DNA from: an uncultured Candidatus Bathyarchaeia archaeon
GTDB taxonomy: Archaea; Thermoproteota; Bathyarchaeia; Bathyarchaeales; Bathyarchaeaceae
DNA: 64,000 nt
Direction: 5' to 3'
Assembly: GCA_964618695.1 (NCBI GenBank)
Contig: CAZUDX010000006.1
Location: forward strand, 91,257 to 155,256
In this document: one piece after another, positions 1 to 8,960 of the stretch
Layout of the letters: every line of letters begins with the position of its first letter
Position numbering within the stretch: the stretch's first letter is position 1
Notes under the pieces: generated by a model
What the model was told of the DNA's origin: nothing
The model's database searches: none
Seen by the model: only the letters and a program-made list of their open reading frames with translations
Position numbers and translations under genes: made by a program

Positions 1-227
1 GATCCGCAGAGGGCGACTGTTGCTCCTCCTGCCTTGAGGGTTTCTGATAGAACAGCGGTCTCCTTGGTCACGTGAAGACATGCACCTATAGTGACGTTTT
101 TCAGGGGTTTTTCTTTTTCGAATCGGTCTTTGATTTGGGCTAGAACTGGCATGTGTTTTGTTGCCCATTCTACGAGGAGGGCTCCCTGAGGAGCCATTTT
201 TGGATCTTTAACTTTGGAGTCTGTCAT
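1..227 (-). CDS. ahcY: S-adenosyl-L-homocysteine hydrolase, N-terminal fragment (gene runs off window edge)
   Basis: Reverse translation from ATG at 227 (alternative in-frame ATG at 233, GGAG adjacent) gives MTDSKVKDPKMAPQGALLVEWATKHMPVLAQIKDRFEKEKPLKNVTIGACLHVTKETAVLSETLKAGGATVALCG. This is the conserved SAHH N-terminus. It is absent from the ORF track because there is no stop in the window. Confidence 0.8.
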   Translation of the reverse strand, partial: MTDSKVKDPKMAPQGALLVEWATKHMPVLAQIKDRFEKEKPLKNVTIGACLHVTKETAVLSETLKAGGATVALCG

Positions 228-323
228 CAGCATCTCCTTCCCGTTTTTACTGCAGGGTAGCTCATAACTATTATTGTTGTTTCCGATGTGCAAAACATGA
301 AATCTTGGCGATTAATTGTTGAG

Positions 324-599
324 CTATTCGAGTCTTTTTATGATGTGGTAGCCGAACTGGGTTTTGACTATTCCAGAAATTTGTCCTTTTTGGAGGGCGA
401 AGGCAGCTTTTTCGAATTCTTTAACCATTTGTCCTCGACCAAAAAATCCCAAGTCTCCTCCGCGTTTCTTTGATGGACATAATGAAACTTGTTTGGCGAT
501 GTTGGTGAACTTTTCTCCTTTTTTTAAGCGTTCTAAAATTGTGTTGGCTTCTTTTTCTGTTTTAACGAGGATGTGGGCACAATGAACTTTGTTTGACAT
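324..599 (-). CDS. single-domain parvulin-type peptidyl-prolyl cis-trans isomerase
   Basis: 91 aa with the parvulin/rotamase pattern: HILV...CPSKKRGGDLGFFGRGQMVKEFEKAAF...G.ISGIVKTQFGYHII. Confidence 0.85.
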   Translation of the reverse strand: MSNKVHCAHILVKTEKEANTILERLKKGEKFTNIAKQVSLCPSKKRGGDLGFFGRGQMVKEFEKAAFALQKGQISGIVKTQFGYHIIKRLE

Positions 600-637
600 A
601 TGGACGAATAACAGGTGATGGTTTATAACAATTATGA

Positions 638-886
638 TTACCGAATTTCTTGTTTGACTTGGTCAGAAACCAACTTGTCTACAAGCCATTTTGCCAATGG
701 AATAACCAAGAGGCTCGTCGGCAAAGCCACAACAAAACCGATTAACCATCCTCTCACAAAAGCATCAAGGAACCCCGGCGTCCATCCAACGTTTATTGTG
801 GTCATCGTGAACGTCATTGTTGTATCCAGAGCTAACGTCATAAACAACGCAATCAAAAACCCACTATATTTCCTGCTAAACTTCAA
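638..886 (-). CDS. small two-TM membrane protein (DUF2798-like)
   Basis: 82-aa ORF with two hydrophobic helices. The family name is from memory of similar ~80-aa proteins. The overlapping + strand ORF 615..938 looks non-coding. Confidence 0.5.
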   Translation of the reverse strand: MKFSRKYSGFLIALFMTLALDTTMTFTMTTINVGWTPGFLDAFVRGWLIGFVVALPTSLLVIPLAKWLVDKLVSDQVKQEIR

Positions 887-1011
887 CTGCCAACCATCCC
901 CTCAGAATCTTTCACAAAGAACATTATATCTGATATAAATTTCCCCGTTAATACCTGTAACCCTAAACGTGTTAGTCAGACTTATATATGAAAAGCGCTT
1001 TCTTTGTAGTA

Positions 1012-1106
1012 AGGTGTAGGGGAGCTGAGTATACTCGGCTGAGAGGACGACTGGTTGGTCGTCGACCCTAAGAACCTGATCCAGGTAATGCTGGCGGAGG
1101 GAAAAA
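1012..1106 (+). promoter_or_regulatory. TPP (THI-box) riboswitch upstream of thiT
   Basis: GGGGAGC-hairpin-GCTGAGA-GGACGACTGGTTGGTCGTCG-ACCCTAAGAACCTGATCCAGGTAATGCTGGCGGAGGGAA matches the TPP aptamer core (GGGG.GC, CUGAGA, ACCC, ACCUGAUC.GG.UAAU.C..GCG.AGGGA). The GGAGG of the core doubles as the SD 10 nt before the GTG start at 1110. Confidence 0.85.
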
Positions 1107-1109
1107 GAA

Positions 1110-1637
1110 GTGAACGAAAGTAAAAGAAATTTTTCAACAAAAATAATAGCAGAAATTGTTGTGTTTGTGGCTCTTGCCACAGTTCTCAGTCACATTAAAA
1201 TGTTTAGTCTACCACAAGGCGGATCCGTAACTGCCGCCTCTATGGTGCCGATTTTATGGCTAGCCATAAGAAGAGGACCAAAGATAGGGCTGTTCTCAGC
1301 TGTAGTTTACGGTTTAGTCCAATTTGTTGTGGATGTTCCTTACATCGCCCATCCACTCCAAGTGGTGCTTGATTATCCCATCGCTTTCGGTATGCTTGGA
1401 CTCGCAGGTTTCTTCCAAAAACGTCCTTTCATTGGCGTGAATGTAGGTGTAATTGGGCGGCTCTTAGCGCATTTCGTTTCAGGCTTCGTTTTTTGGGCTA
1501 CGTATGCACCTGAAGGGATGCATCCCGTGATTTACTCTGCAATTTACAATGGAAGCTATTTGCTACCTGAACTCGCGATAAGCATCTACATAGTATATCT
1601 ACTGCAAGAGAGCAAGGTTCTAAAAATCTACCTGTAA
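1110..1637 (+). CDS. thiT: thiamine transporter ThiT-like (energy-coupling-factor S component / YuaJ family)
   Basis: 175 aa, about 6 TM, GTG start. It sits directly behind a TPP riboswitch, and the N-terminal pattern (...IAE.A.F.ALA.VLS.IK...LPQGGSV....MVPI) is typical of ThiT. Confidence 0.75.
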   Translation: MNESKRNFSTKIIAEIVVFVALATVLSHIKMFSLPQGGSVTAASMVPILWLAIRRGPKIGLFSAVVYGLVQFVVDVPYIAHPLQVVLDYPIAFGMLGLAGFFQKRPFIGVNVGVIGRLLAHFVSGFVFWATYAPEGMHPVIYSAIYNGSYLLPELAISIYIVYLLQESKVLKIYL

Positions 1638-1648
1638 ACACGGCTTGT

Positions 1649-2500
1649 TCAACTGCGTTCCAAGAAATCCTGCAAGTCCTGCTGACTTTTCCTCGTCTTT
1701 TCTACAGTAATTTTTTCGCCGACTCGAAGTTTCATTCCGTCAAAAGCGGCTATTGTGGGAACTCCTGTTTTTTCTTCAATCAGTCTAACTTCGTAGGTTG
1801 GTCCACTGTAAAGCATTTTCATTCCGAAATGTGTGGCTACAGCCATCTCAGGTTTAACTTCTCCCACGATTTTAGCAGCGTCTTTCGGTGTCATATGTCC
1901 CTTCCAGGGGCTTCCCACGGGTCTCATAACACATAAGATTAGCAGTCGGACTCCCTTGTATCCTTTTTCGATGCCTTCAAAATATTCTGTGTCCGCTGTG
2001 TATCCTATGGCTCCAACCTCTGGGATGTCGAATCTGAAACCAACTGCTTCAGCGTCTGTGTGCCTAGTCTCTAAAGCAACTATTTTGGTGTCTTTGACTT
2101 TGAAGTTGACGCCTGGCTTCACTTCTATCACCTTTTCCAGCATCTTCTGATGGTACGTGGAGATTACTTGTCCGCTTTGCGTGTTTCCGGAGAGGATGTT
2201 TGGGGGAGCAGCTACGGTTCCTCTTTTTTTCAGCATGCCTCGTGTTATGGCTTCGATTAAGACTTCTGCGTTGGTGTAGTGGTCTGGGTGCCTGTGGGAA
2301 ACCAGCACTGCGTCGATTTTTTGGGGATTCAAGCCTGCTTCTAAGGAGTAGATGAGGGCGCCTGGACCTGGGTCTAGGTGGAGGTTAAGGCTTTTGGATA
2401 TGATGCGGATTCCTCCGGTTCTTCTTTTTTGGGTTATGGTGGCGAATCTTCCGCCTCCTGTTCCCAAGAAGGTCAGTTCAACTTCGTCCATGTTTTTCAC
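1649..2500 (-). CDS. MBL-fold metallo-hydrolase
   Basis: 283 aa with the HRHPDH (HxHxDH) metallo-beta-lactamase motif plus downstream His/Asp ligands. Confidence 0.8.
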   Translation of the reverse strand: MKNMDEVELTFLGTGGGRFATITQKRRTGGIRIISKSLNLHLDPGPGALIYSLEAGLNPQKIDAVLVSHRHPDHYTNAEVLIEAITRGMLKKRGTVAAPPNILSGNTQSGQVISTYHQKMLEKVIEVKPGVNFKVKDTKIVALETRHTDAEAVGFRFDIPEVGAIGYTADTEYFEGIEKGYKGVRLLILCVMRPVGSPWKGHMTPKDAAKIVGEVKPEMAVATHFGMKMLYSGPTYEVRLIEEKTGVPTIAAFDGMKLRVGEKITVEKTRKSQQDLQDFLERS

Positions 2501-2617
2501 CGAGGAGGATGTGAGTGTTATTTTATGGTGGCGAATCGTTATAAGGGATTTGAAATTGAAAAAGGGTAGAGAATGTTATATTATTTGATTGTGTGAATTA
2601 GTGTTGGAGGTTTGTGG

Positions 2618-3292
2618 ATGAGGGTTGTTGTTCGTGTCGGTGGTTCAGTTGTGGGTTCTCCCCTTAATGCTTCCTTAATTGGTAGATACGTTGATTTGTT
2701 GAAGACTTTGAGAGAGCAGAGGCATGAGGTTGTTGCTGTTGTTGGCGGTGGCTCCTTAGCCCGCGACTTCATCAAAGTAGCTGCTGATTTGGGTTTGGTG
2801 GAAGCTGAGAGGGATTGGGCTGCAATTTACGTCTCGCGTCTGTTCGCTCGTTTGTTTGTGTCGTGTTTGGGTGAGGCTGGCTGTGGAAACGTGTCAGTTA
2901 CGTTGGATGGAGCTGTTGATTGCTTGAATCATGATAATGTTGCTGTTATGGGAGGTTTACGTCCGGGCATGACAACCGATGCTGTGGCTGCTTTGGTTGC
3001 TGAGAGAGTGAAGGCTGATTTGCTGGTGAAAGCTTCTAATGTGGACGGCATATTCAACAAGGACCCGAAGAAATTTCCTGATGCGAAGAAGCTGGATGTG
3101 GTGGGCTTTGAGGATTTGGCGAGGCTTTTTGAGGCGGATCGGCATAGGGCTGGGATTAACCAGATTCTTGACCCTGAGGCAGTGAAGATTCTTCGCAGGA
3201 TCAGGTTGAGGACTGTGGTGGTTAATGGTTTTGACGTGAAGAATGTGTTGTCTGCTGTGAATGGGAAGCGGGTTGGAACCGTTATTGAGTAA
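2618..3292 (+). CDS. pyrH: uridylate (UMP) kinase, archaeal type
   Basis: MRVVVRVGGSV...VVGGGSLARDFI and the amino-acid-kinase fold. ATG at 2618 lies 8 nt after GGAGG (2606-2610). The track start at 2612 is a TTG two codons upstream. Confidence 0.85.
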   Translation: MRVVVRVGGSVVGSPLNASLIGRYVDLLKTLREQRHEVVAVVGGGSLARDFIKVAADLGLVEAERDWAAIYVSRLFARLFVSCLGEAGCGNVSVTLDGAVDCLNHDNVAVMGGLRPGMTTDAVAALVAERVKADLLVKASNVDGIFNKDPKKFPDAKKLDVVGFEDLARLFEADRHRAGINQILDPEAVKILRRIRLRTVVVNGFDVKNVLSAVNGKRVGTVIE

Positions 3293-3348
3293 AGTGTGTT
3301 TTAGGTAAGCCTTAAATTGTTTGTCAGATTTCTTGTGAAAGGGATGGG

Positions 3349-3454
3349 GCGGCGGTAGCGAAGCCAGGTCAAACGCGGAGGACTCAAGATCAGCGTTTGA
3401 TGAGCTATCCTCTCCCGTAGGGGTTCGCAGGTTCGATTCCTGCCCGCCGCACCA
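3349..3454 (+). tRNA. tRNA-Leu (anticodon CAA) with ~18-nt intron in the anticodon loop; CCA encoded
   Basis: Acceptor stem GCGGCGG/CCGCCGC. Anticodon stem GAGGA/TCCTC flanks loop CTCAAGA, interrupted by TCAGCGTTTGATGAGCTA. Long variable arm CCCGTAGGG (class II). T-arm GCAGG-TTCGATT-CCTGC, discriminator A, CCA at 3452-3454. Confidence 0.8.
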
Positions 3455-3505
3455 CCATTTGTTGTGCGAATTTTTATATGAAAAGTCAGTAGATAATGTA
3501 CTTTT

Positions 3506-4273
3506 ATGGTGTCTAAAAAACAGGTTTTCTTGCAGGGCATCAACATCGCAGCCTTCATAGGTACTGTTGTGGTTAACGGGTTGGCTGGAAGCACAACGTT
3601 ACTGAATGGAGTGACGAGCGGAGAGGTTTCCGACATGTACCCAACATTGATTACTCCAGCAGGTTTCACATTCGCGATATGGAGCATCATATACGTTCTC
3701 CTAGCGGTCTTCATCGTCTATCAAGCATTGCCCAGAAACAGAGAGCAACCATTCCTGAATCGAATCAGCATCCTTTTTGCCTTAAGCGGCATCTGCAACA
3801 TCTTATGGCTGTTCCTGTGGCACTACGACTATATCCTCTACAGCTTAATCCTGATGATTGCACTCTTAGCAACTCTAATCACCATTTACCTGCGCCTCAA
3901 CATCGGCAAAGCTGACGTCTCCATCAAAGAGAAATTAGCCGTGCATCTGCCCTTCAGCGTTTATTTGGGATGGATTAGCATAGCCACAATAGCAAACGTT
4001 GCAGTAACCTTAACTGTGTTAGGTTGGGACGGCTGGGGAATCGAACCAATACATTGGACCATCATCACAATCGCCGTAGCGCTGCTTCTAACCATAGTTA
4101 TTCTCGCAACAAGAAGAGACGTAGCATACAGCCTCGTCGTCGTCTGGGCATTAGTTGGCATAATGATGAAACAGATGGAAATTCAAAATATTATGTTAGC
4201 GGCAGAAGTAAGCATAGCAATCCTCCTCATTGCCAGTATGGCAGCAGTTGCATATTCAAAAATCAAGCAATGA
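3506..4273 (+). CDS. multi-pass membrane protein, TspO/MBR-related (tentative)
   Basis: 255 aa, about 7 hydrophobic helices. The N-terminal TPAGFTFAIWSIIYVLL..F.VYQ pattern resembles long TspO-like proteins. The family assignment is not certain. Confidence 0.45.
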   Translation: MVSKKQVFLQGINIAAFIGTVVVNGLAGSTTLLNGVTSGEVSDMYPTLITPAGFTFAIWSIIYVLLAVFIVYQALPRNREQPFLNRISILFALSGICNILWLFLWHYDYILYSLILMIALLATLITIYLRLNIGKADVSIKEKLAVHLPFSVYLGWISIATIANVAVTLTVLGWDGWGIEPIHWTIITIAVALLLTIVILATRRDVAYSLVVVWALVGIMMKQMEIQNIMLAAEVSIAILLIASMAAVAYSKIKQ

Positions 4274-4284
4274 AATAATCTCTA

Positions 4285-5688
4285 GTGAAGGAGCGAAAAG
4301 ATGGTTTGGTGAAGAAAACCAAGATTGTATGCACGATTGGTCCAGTCAGCCTACAAACTGACACTCTCGAGAAGATGTATAGAGCGGGGATGAATTGCGC
4401 TAGAATAAACACTGCCTATGGAGACTTCGACCGCTACAAGCTGACTGTAGATAATGTTCGGGAAATAGCTGACATCCCAGTGCTGGTTGACCTGAAAGGA
4501 CCAGAAATCAGGCTCAAGGTTAAACAGGACAGAACAGTCAAGAAAGGAGACGTCTTGAACATCGGCTTCGATGATGAACCGATCAGCTTCAACCACAACT
4601 TCATCGACCGAATCAACGTTGGCGACTTGATTTACATTGACAACGGCAGGATTAAAACCGAAGTAGTCGAAAAAACCGATGAATCTCTTCGTCTGTCTGT
4701 GGTTAACAGCGGCGAAATAGCCAACGGCAGAGGCGTCAACGTTCCCAACAAACAACTTTCGGTTCCAACACTGTCAAAGCGAGACTTGGAACTAATCGAA
4801 TTCTCGAAAGAAAACGAAATCGAATACTTGGCTCTCTCCTTCACAAGAAACGTCAAAGACATAACTAACCTGAGGTCTGCGGCTGAAGGATTCAAAGGCG
4901 CAGTAATTGCTAAAATCGAAAATTTTGAGGGAATCAGAAACTTCGGAGAAATCTTGGGTGCTTCAGAGGGAATCATGATTGCGCGAGGCGATTTAGGCGT
5001 AGAAATAGAGCCTGAACGGGTTCCGCTGGTTCAGAAGTCACTGATTCGCCAATGCAATCAGGCAGGAAAAACGGTTGTGACAGCCACGGAGATGCTGGAA
5101 TCCATGATGCAGCGTCCATCTCCTACTAGAGCTGAAGTCAGCGACGTAGCCAACGCGATACTGGATGGAACCGACGCGACGATGCTGTCTGGAGAAACAG
5201 CGGTTGGCGAGTATCCTGTGGAGTCTGTGGCTATGATGGCTCGCATAGCCTTAGAGGCTGAAAAGGCGGCGACAGGATACGTGGAAGACCGCGGCTTCGT
5301 CAACATCTCAGACACTGTAAGCAAGTCTATTCAACGGATTTGCCAGAACATGCCGTTAGACAAGATAGTAACCTTAACCCGCTCAGGATACACCGCGAAG
5401 CTGATTGCCAGATTCAAGGTTCCACAGCCCATAATTGCAGTCACATCAGAAAGGATTGTTAAGAAACAGCTGGAGCTGGTCTACGGCGTCTATCCAGTTC
5501 ACCACGATTACCGCCAAGAAAAGGACAGAATACTGGCTGCCGCAAACAAACTACACTCTATGAACCTGCTAGACGATGAAGACACCGTGCTTTTCACAGC
5601 AGCTTTCAGAACAAAAAAGAAACACGCAAGCAACCTCATCGAAATCCACCAAATCAAAGAACTCCTAGACCTAACAACAAAAAACTGA
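4285..5688 (+). CDS. pyk: pyruvate kinase
   Basis: 467 aa with KTKIVCTIGP, ARINTAYG, the MIARGDLGVE catalytic motif and SGETA. Confidence 0.9.
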   Translation: MKERKDGLVKKTKIVCTIGPVSLQTDTLEKMYRAGMNCARINTAYGDFDRYKLTVDNVREIADIPVLVDLKGPEIRLKVKQDRTVKKGDVLNIGFDDEPISFNHNFIDRINVGDLIYIDNGRIKTEVVEKTDESLRLSVVNSGEIANGRGVNVPNKQLSVPTLSKRDLELIEFSKENEIEYLALSFTRNVKDITNLRSAAEGFKGAVIAKIENFEGIRNFGEILGASEGIMIARGDLGVEIEPERVPLVQKSLIRQCNQAGKTVVTATEMLESMMQRPSPTRAEVSDVANAILDGTDATMLSGETAVGEYPVESVAMMARIALEAEKAATGYVEDRGFVNISDTVSKSIQRICQNMPLDKIVTLTRSGYTAKLIARFKVPQPIIAVTSERIVKKQLELVYGVYPVHHDYRQEKDRILAAANKLHSMNLLDDEDTVLFTAAFRTKKKHASNLIEIHQIKELLDLTTKN

Positions 5689-5698
5689 AAACCCCCAA

Positions 5699-5794
5699 TC
5701 ATATTAGGACCCTAATAACAGCGCATTGTTAAAAACTAGCTTTTTTCTGAAAAATGGCGCAACAGCATCACTCTGTTACCTAAAGCTAATTCAC
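5699..5794 (+). repeat. intergenic repeat family B, copy 1 (~95 nt)
   Basis: TCATATTAGGACCCTAATAACAGC...TTTTTTCTGAAAA...GTTACCTAAAGCTAATTCAC. Paralogous to 13769-13866 and 37339-37404, all in the same orientation. Confidence 0.7.
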
Positions 5795-5836
5795 TCTAAC
5801 ACTTAGTGATGGCTCTGAATTCCCCCTTTTATTAAA

Positions 5837-5853
5837 GGGTTAAAAATTCAACC
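5837..5853. repeat. palindromic repeat family A, degenerate copy
   Basis: GGGTTAAAAATTCAACC, related to the GGGTTAAAATTTAACCCC core seen in six other places. Confidence 0.4.
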
Positions 5854-5864
5854 TTTTTTTATTT

Positions 5865-6335
5865 TCAAACGAAAAATAGCAGGTAGAAAAAAGGTAAAAA
5901 AACTGTAAGAAGCCAAACTACGAAGAATAACTTAAGTTTATGGTCGTAAATAAATCCTTTAGGCTTTTTAGCATGTTTTCTGAAAATATGGTAAAGATGG
6001 TGATTATTTTTGATTTCATCTTCAAATAAGTTATATAATTCAGCCGCATATTCGACATTCAACCCGCTCCTTTTCAGCTCCTCCTTTGTTATATCAGCTA
6101 AAATAGCGTAATACCCAAAGTTTAAGAAAGAATAGATGGCAAGCCCCAGAAGTGCAAAATAGGTAATACCAATGACAATAATAGCCCAAAACGTCTTTGG
6201 GATATTAGTTAAAGAGAAAAGTATTGTGAACAGCCCAAAGGTTGTAGCAACAACAAAACTTGCGTGAGTAGTTGCCCTGTCTGAAAAAAAGTCAAGCAAA
6301 CCAGTTAATACAGCACATTTTTCTGAATTTGCCAT
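5865..6335 (-). CDS. hypothetical membrane protein
   Basis: 156-aa ORF, 4 predicted TM helices, AT-rich, no recognisable family. Confidence 0.5.
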   Translation of the reverse strand: MANSEKCAVLTGLLDFFSDRATTHASFVVATTFGLFTILFSLTNIPKTFWAIIVIGITYFALLGLAIYSFLNFGYYAILADITKEELKRSGLNVEYAAELYNLFEDEIKNNHHLYHIFRKHAKKPKGFIYDHKLKLFFVVWLLTVFLPFFYLLFFV

Positions 6336-6416
6336 GCTAGCTCAGTTTATTATTAAGCGTTTTAATTAAAAGATTTGCTCTTTAATACCTGTGATTCTTG
6401 GAACCCACTCTTTTCT

Positions 6417-6455
6417 TTGGGTTTTGGGGGTTAAAATTTAACCCCAACCTAACCA
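6417..6455. repeat. palindromic repeat family A copy
   Basis: TTTGGGTTTTGGGGGTTAAAATTTAACCCCAACCTAACC, a hairpin-capable G-tract/AT-core/C-tract element. Confidence 0.7.
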
Positions 6456-6490
6456 TTAATTTTTAATATTTATGTGCCGAAGGGACAGCC

Positions 6491-6730
6491 ATGAAGAATT
6501 CTGAATGCACAATTTACATCATGTCAAAACATGGATGGATACAGAAATACCGAAAAGAAAACGATGGGTGGATTCAAACTAGCTCAAAAGGTGCAGTACG
6601 CCCTTTAAGTGCAGAACAACTGCTTTCCCACATCCTTCCCCCTCTAGCAGGAATAGGACATTTCACCGTCAAAGTTGAACCAGACAACAAAAATGAAACT
6701 TACCCCAAACCCAAAAAAAGGATGATATGA
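6491..6730 (+). CDS. hypothetical protein
   Basis: 79-aa ORF only, no motif recognised. Confidence 0.3.
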   Translation: MKNSECTIYIMSKHGWIQKYRKENDGWIQTSSKGAVRPLSAEQLLSHILPPLAGIGHFTVKVEPDNKNETYPKPKKRMI

Positions 6731-6746
6731 CGGATTTAGTTGGCTT

Positions 6747-7385
6747 CTATATCCATTTAACCTCGGGGTCTTTTTTGTTCGGTCCGATTCCAGCTAATGC
6801 ACTAGCTAAGGCTTCGCTAGGATTTTCCTTTGGGTAGCCAAGCAAGATAGGCCCGTATATTGATTCATCATCCTTTAGGTCAAGGGCTTTTACAACATCA
6901 GCATTGGCTTTAACCAGTGAACCGAATCCAACATAACAGCTTCCAAGACCCAAAGATTGTGCGGCAATCATCATGTTCTCGCAGGCAAGCGCACAACTTA
7001 TAGCGCCACCAGTTGCTGGACCTACGACAAAGATGATGACGGGTGCATTATAGTAAACCACGTCTTTAGGGTCATCCATCGCCTCGTAGATGCTCATTCC
7101 CATTTTGTAGAGTTCAGGGTAGGTTTCCTTCATACCTTCGGTGCATTGTTTCCAGAACGGAAGAGTGGTCTGAAGAAGTTTTTGTTTGAACTTTGGGTTT
7201 TCGACAACAACAAACCGCCAAGGCTGAGAACGCGTTATCGACGTAAAAGGCGCCTGATTTCCAGCCTCGATGATCGTGTTGATGATGTCCTTTGGAATTG
7301 GTTTTTGCTCATAAGCCCTTGTAGACCGTCTGTTGTTTATGGCTTCAATTACTGGGTTCATGATACATTCACTGGCAGCAGACAA
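6747..7385 (-). CDS. nitroreductase-family flavoprotein
   Basis: 212 aa. N-terminal AI..RRSTRAY....IP.D.I..I.EAG..AP and a C-terminal G.P pattern typical of NADH/FMN nitroreductases. Confidence 0.8.
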   Translation of the reverse strand: MSAASECIMNPVIEAINNRRSTRAYEQKPIPKDIINTIIEAGNQAPFTSITRSQPWRFVVVENPKFKQKLLQTTLPFWKQCTEGMKETYPELYKMGMSIYEAMDDPKDVVYYNAPVIIFVVGPATGGAISCALACENMMIAAQSLGLGSCYVGFGSLVKANADVVKALDLKDDESIYGPILLGYPKENPSEALASALAGIGPNKKDPEVKWI

Positions 7386-7439
7386 TGACCTGACCTACAT
7401 AAAAGCGTTTAGCGCCCGATTCCAAAATTTCTGATTTAG

Positions 7440-7512
7440 TCTTGACGCAAAATTTTATGAACCTTAGAAGTGAATACTCTGGATTACGAAAATTAAAGCG
7501 ATTGTATAATAA
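7440..7512 (+). promoter_or_regulatory. 73-nt leader/promoter block, identical to 8961-9033
   Basis: TCTTGACGCAAAATTTTATGAACCTTAGAAGTGAATACTCTGGATTACGAAAATTAAAGCGATTGTATAATAA, 100% identical in both copies. It lies directly upstream of the SD (GGAGG) and TTG start of each DUF4386-like paralog. Confidence 0.6.
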
Positions 7513-7527
7513 ATTGGAGGATTTCCT

Positions 7528-8190
7528 TTGATTGTTGAAATGGTCTTATCGGGTTTTCTCTTTCTGTTTATTTTAGTTTTAAACCTTGCAATGGGGGCAT
7601 TAGGTTATTTAATGGAAAAAGATGATTATGACCCAGACGCTGACCTGCAAAAGATTAACAAAAATCCAAAAAAATTTCAAATAGGCATCGTGTTAGCGCT
7701 TATAGAACATGGTAGCGTCATCGCACTTACGATAATGCTGTTCATTGCCTTTAGTCCATATAACATACTGCTTGGAATTGCTTGGGCTATCTTTCGAACA
7801 GGAGAAGGCTTAATCCAATACATTAATGAACCTAACTACTGGAAACTCATCAACATAGCAAAACAATACTCAGGTACTACTGGTGCTGAAAAAAAATCGT
7901 TGAGTCATTCCGCTCGTACCATTTTCAAAACAAAAGACACTAGATTCAAATTTGCAATGATCTGCTGGTCCATAGGCACACTCGCTTATTCAATCGTATT
8001 AGTTACCTCTGAAGTTGTACCCGCCATTATTGGATGGATAGGAATTGTTGCCAGCATTCTCGTTGGCTTCAGTACTGCGATGAAACTCGTAAAACCTAAC
8101 CTTAAAGACTTCACAATGATCGGTGGTCTGACGGCGATTCTATTTGAAGTAATAATCGGAGGATGGCTATTACTTTCTCCACTCATCTAG
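7528..8190 (+). CDS. DUF4386-like integral membrane protein, paralog A
   Basis: 220 aa, TTG start, about 6 TM. Collinear paralog of 9048..9707, with many substitutions throughout. The family name is tentative. Confidence 0.6.
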   Translation: MIVEMVLSGFLFLFILVLNLAMGALGYLMEKDDYDPDADLQKINKNPKKFQIGIVLALIEHGSVIALTIMLFIAFSPYNILLGIAWAIFRTGEGLIQYINEPNYWKLINIAKQYSGTTGAEKKSLSHSARTIFKTKDTRFKFAMICWSIGTLAYSIVLVTSEVVPAIIGWIGIVASILVGFSTAMKLVKPNLKDFTMIGGLTAILFEVIIGGWLLLSPLI

Positions 8191-8191
8191 A

Positions 8192-8217
8192 GAGTTAAAT
8201 TTTAACCCCCAACCCAG
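8192..8217. repeat. palindromic repeat family A copy (half element)
   Basis: GAGTTAAATTTTAACCCCCAACCCAG immediately after the stop of 7528..8190. Confidence 0.6.
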
Positions 8218-8280
8218 ACTGGCTAACTATTGACGACCTTCTCAATTTCGACAGAGGGTAATAAGCAAGCGTGAAAGATT

Positions 8281-8856
8281 CTAGGGCTCCTTTTTCATCT
8301 CATGGCGTATCCACCAGATGCTTCCTAACGCTATAGGAATCCCAAAGATGATTAAAATCCAAACTAGTACTGTAAGGCAAGAATACACGAGATAGTCAAA
8401 TGTCCAAGTTGCAAAAGCAACGTTCCAGTTCCCATCCATCCAAATCTTGATGAAGAACGCAATGTAAAACAAAAATGATATTGCGCCTCCTCCTCCGCCT
8501 GTTGCCTTAGAGCGTTTGCCAAAGAAATGATATTCTTTCCTTTCTTCTTCGGGTAATTTTTTCCACCAAAGCCAACCTCCTGCTGCTGCGATGATTATTG
8601 GGACTCCGACTAAGAGAACTTCCCACAGAATCAGATGTAATGTAAAAGTCACCATATGTCCCATTGTCCATAGATTTAAAGTCGTAGGTACCATACCGGT
8701 TGTTTGAGCATTTTCTACGAACCATAAGAAAACAAGAATTGCACTTACTGCTGCAATAATGGCTGCAATTATCCAGAAAGCAAGCATGTTCCAATGCTTT
8801 CTTAAGAATTTTTTCCAAGCATCAGATTCATTTTCTGATACAGTTTCCTCTACCAT
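8281..8856 (-). CDS. hypothetical membrane protein
   Basis: 191 aa, 5 hydrophobic helices, Trp-rich, no recognised family. Confidence 0.55.
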   Translation of the reverse strand: MVEETVSENESDAWKKFLRKHWNMLAFWIIAAIIAAVSAILVFLWFVENAQTTGMVPTTLNLWTMGHMVTFTLHLILWEVLLVGVPIIIAAAGGWLWWKKLPEEERKEYHFFGKRSKATGGGGGAISFLFYIAFFIKIWMDGNWNVAFATWTFDYLVYSCLTVLVWILIIFGIPIALGSIWWIRHEMKKEP

Positions 8857-8960
8857 AATTTTTCCTCTCCCTGCTAGTCTTTAACAACAATGATACTTCG
8901 TGTTTGTTCTACGTATATAATTTTTTGTATCGTGCCCACAAATCAAAATTTCCGATTTGC

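Noticed and set aside
902-1180. 92-aa minus-strand ORF
   Set aside because: It overlaps the TPP riboswitch and the thiT start. The riboswitch consensus explains the region.
3386-3403. UGAUGA (C-box-like) inside the tRNA-Leu intron, as a hint of an intron-encoded C/D sRNA
   Set aside because: The intron is only about 18 nt with no D box. That is too short for a guide RNA.
3301-3714. 137-aa minus-strand ORF
   Set aside because: It runs antisense through the tRNA-Leu gene and into the start of 3506..4273. The tRNA fold is unambiguous.
4030-4110. GGAATCGAACC (reverse of a T-loop-like GGTTCGATTCC), possibly a minus-strand tRNA
   Set aside because: The flanking sequence gives no T-stem, acceptor or anticodon arms, and it lies inside a membrane-protein CDS.
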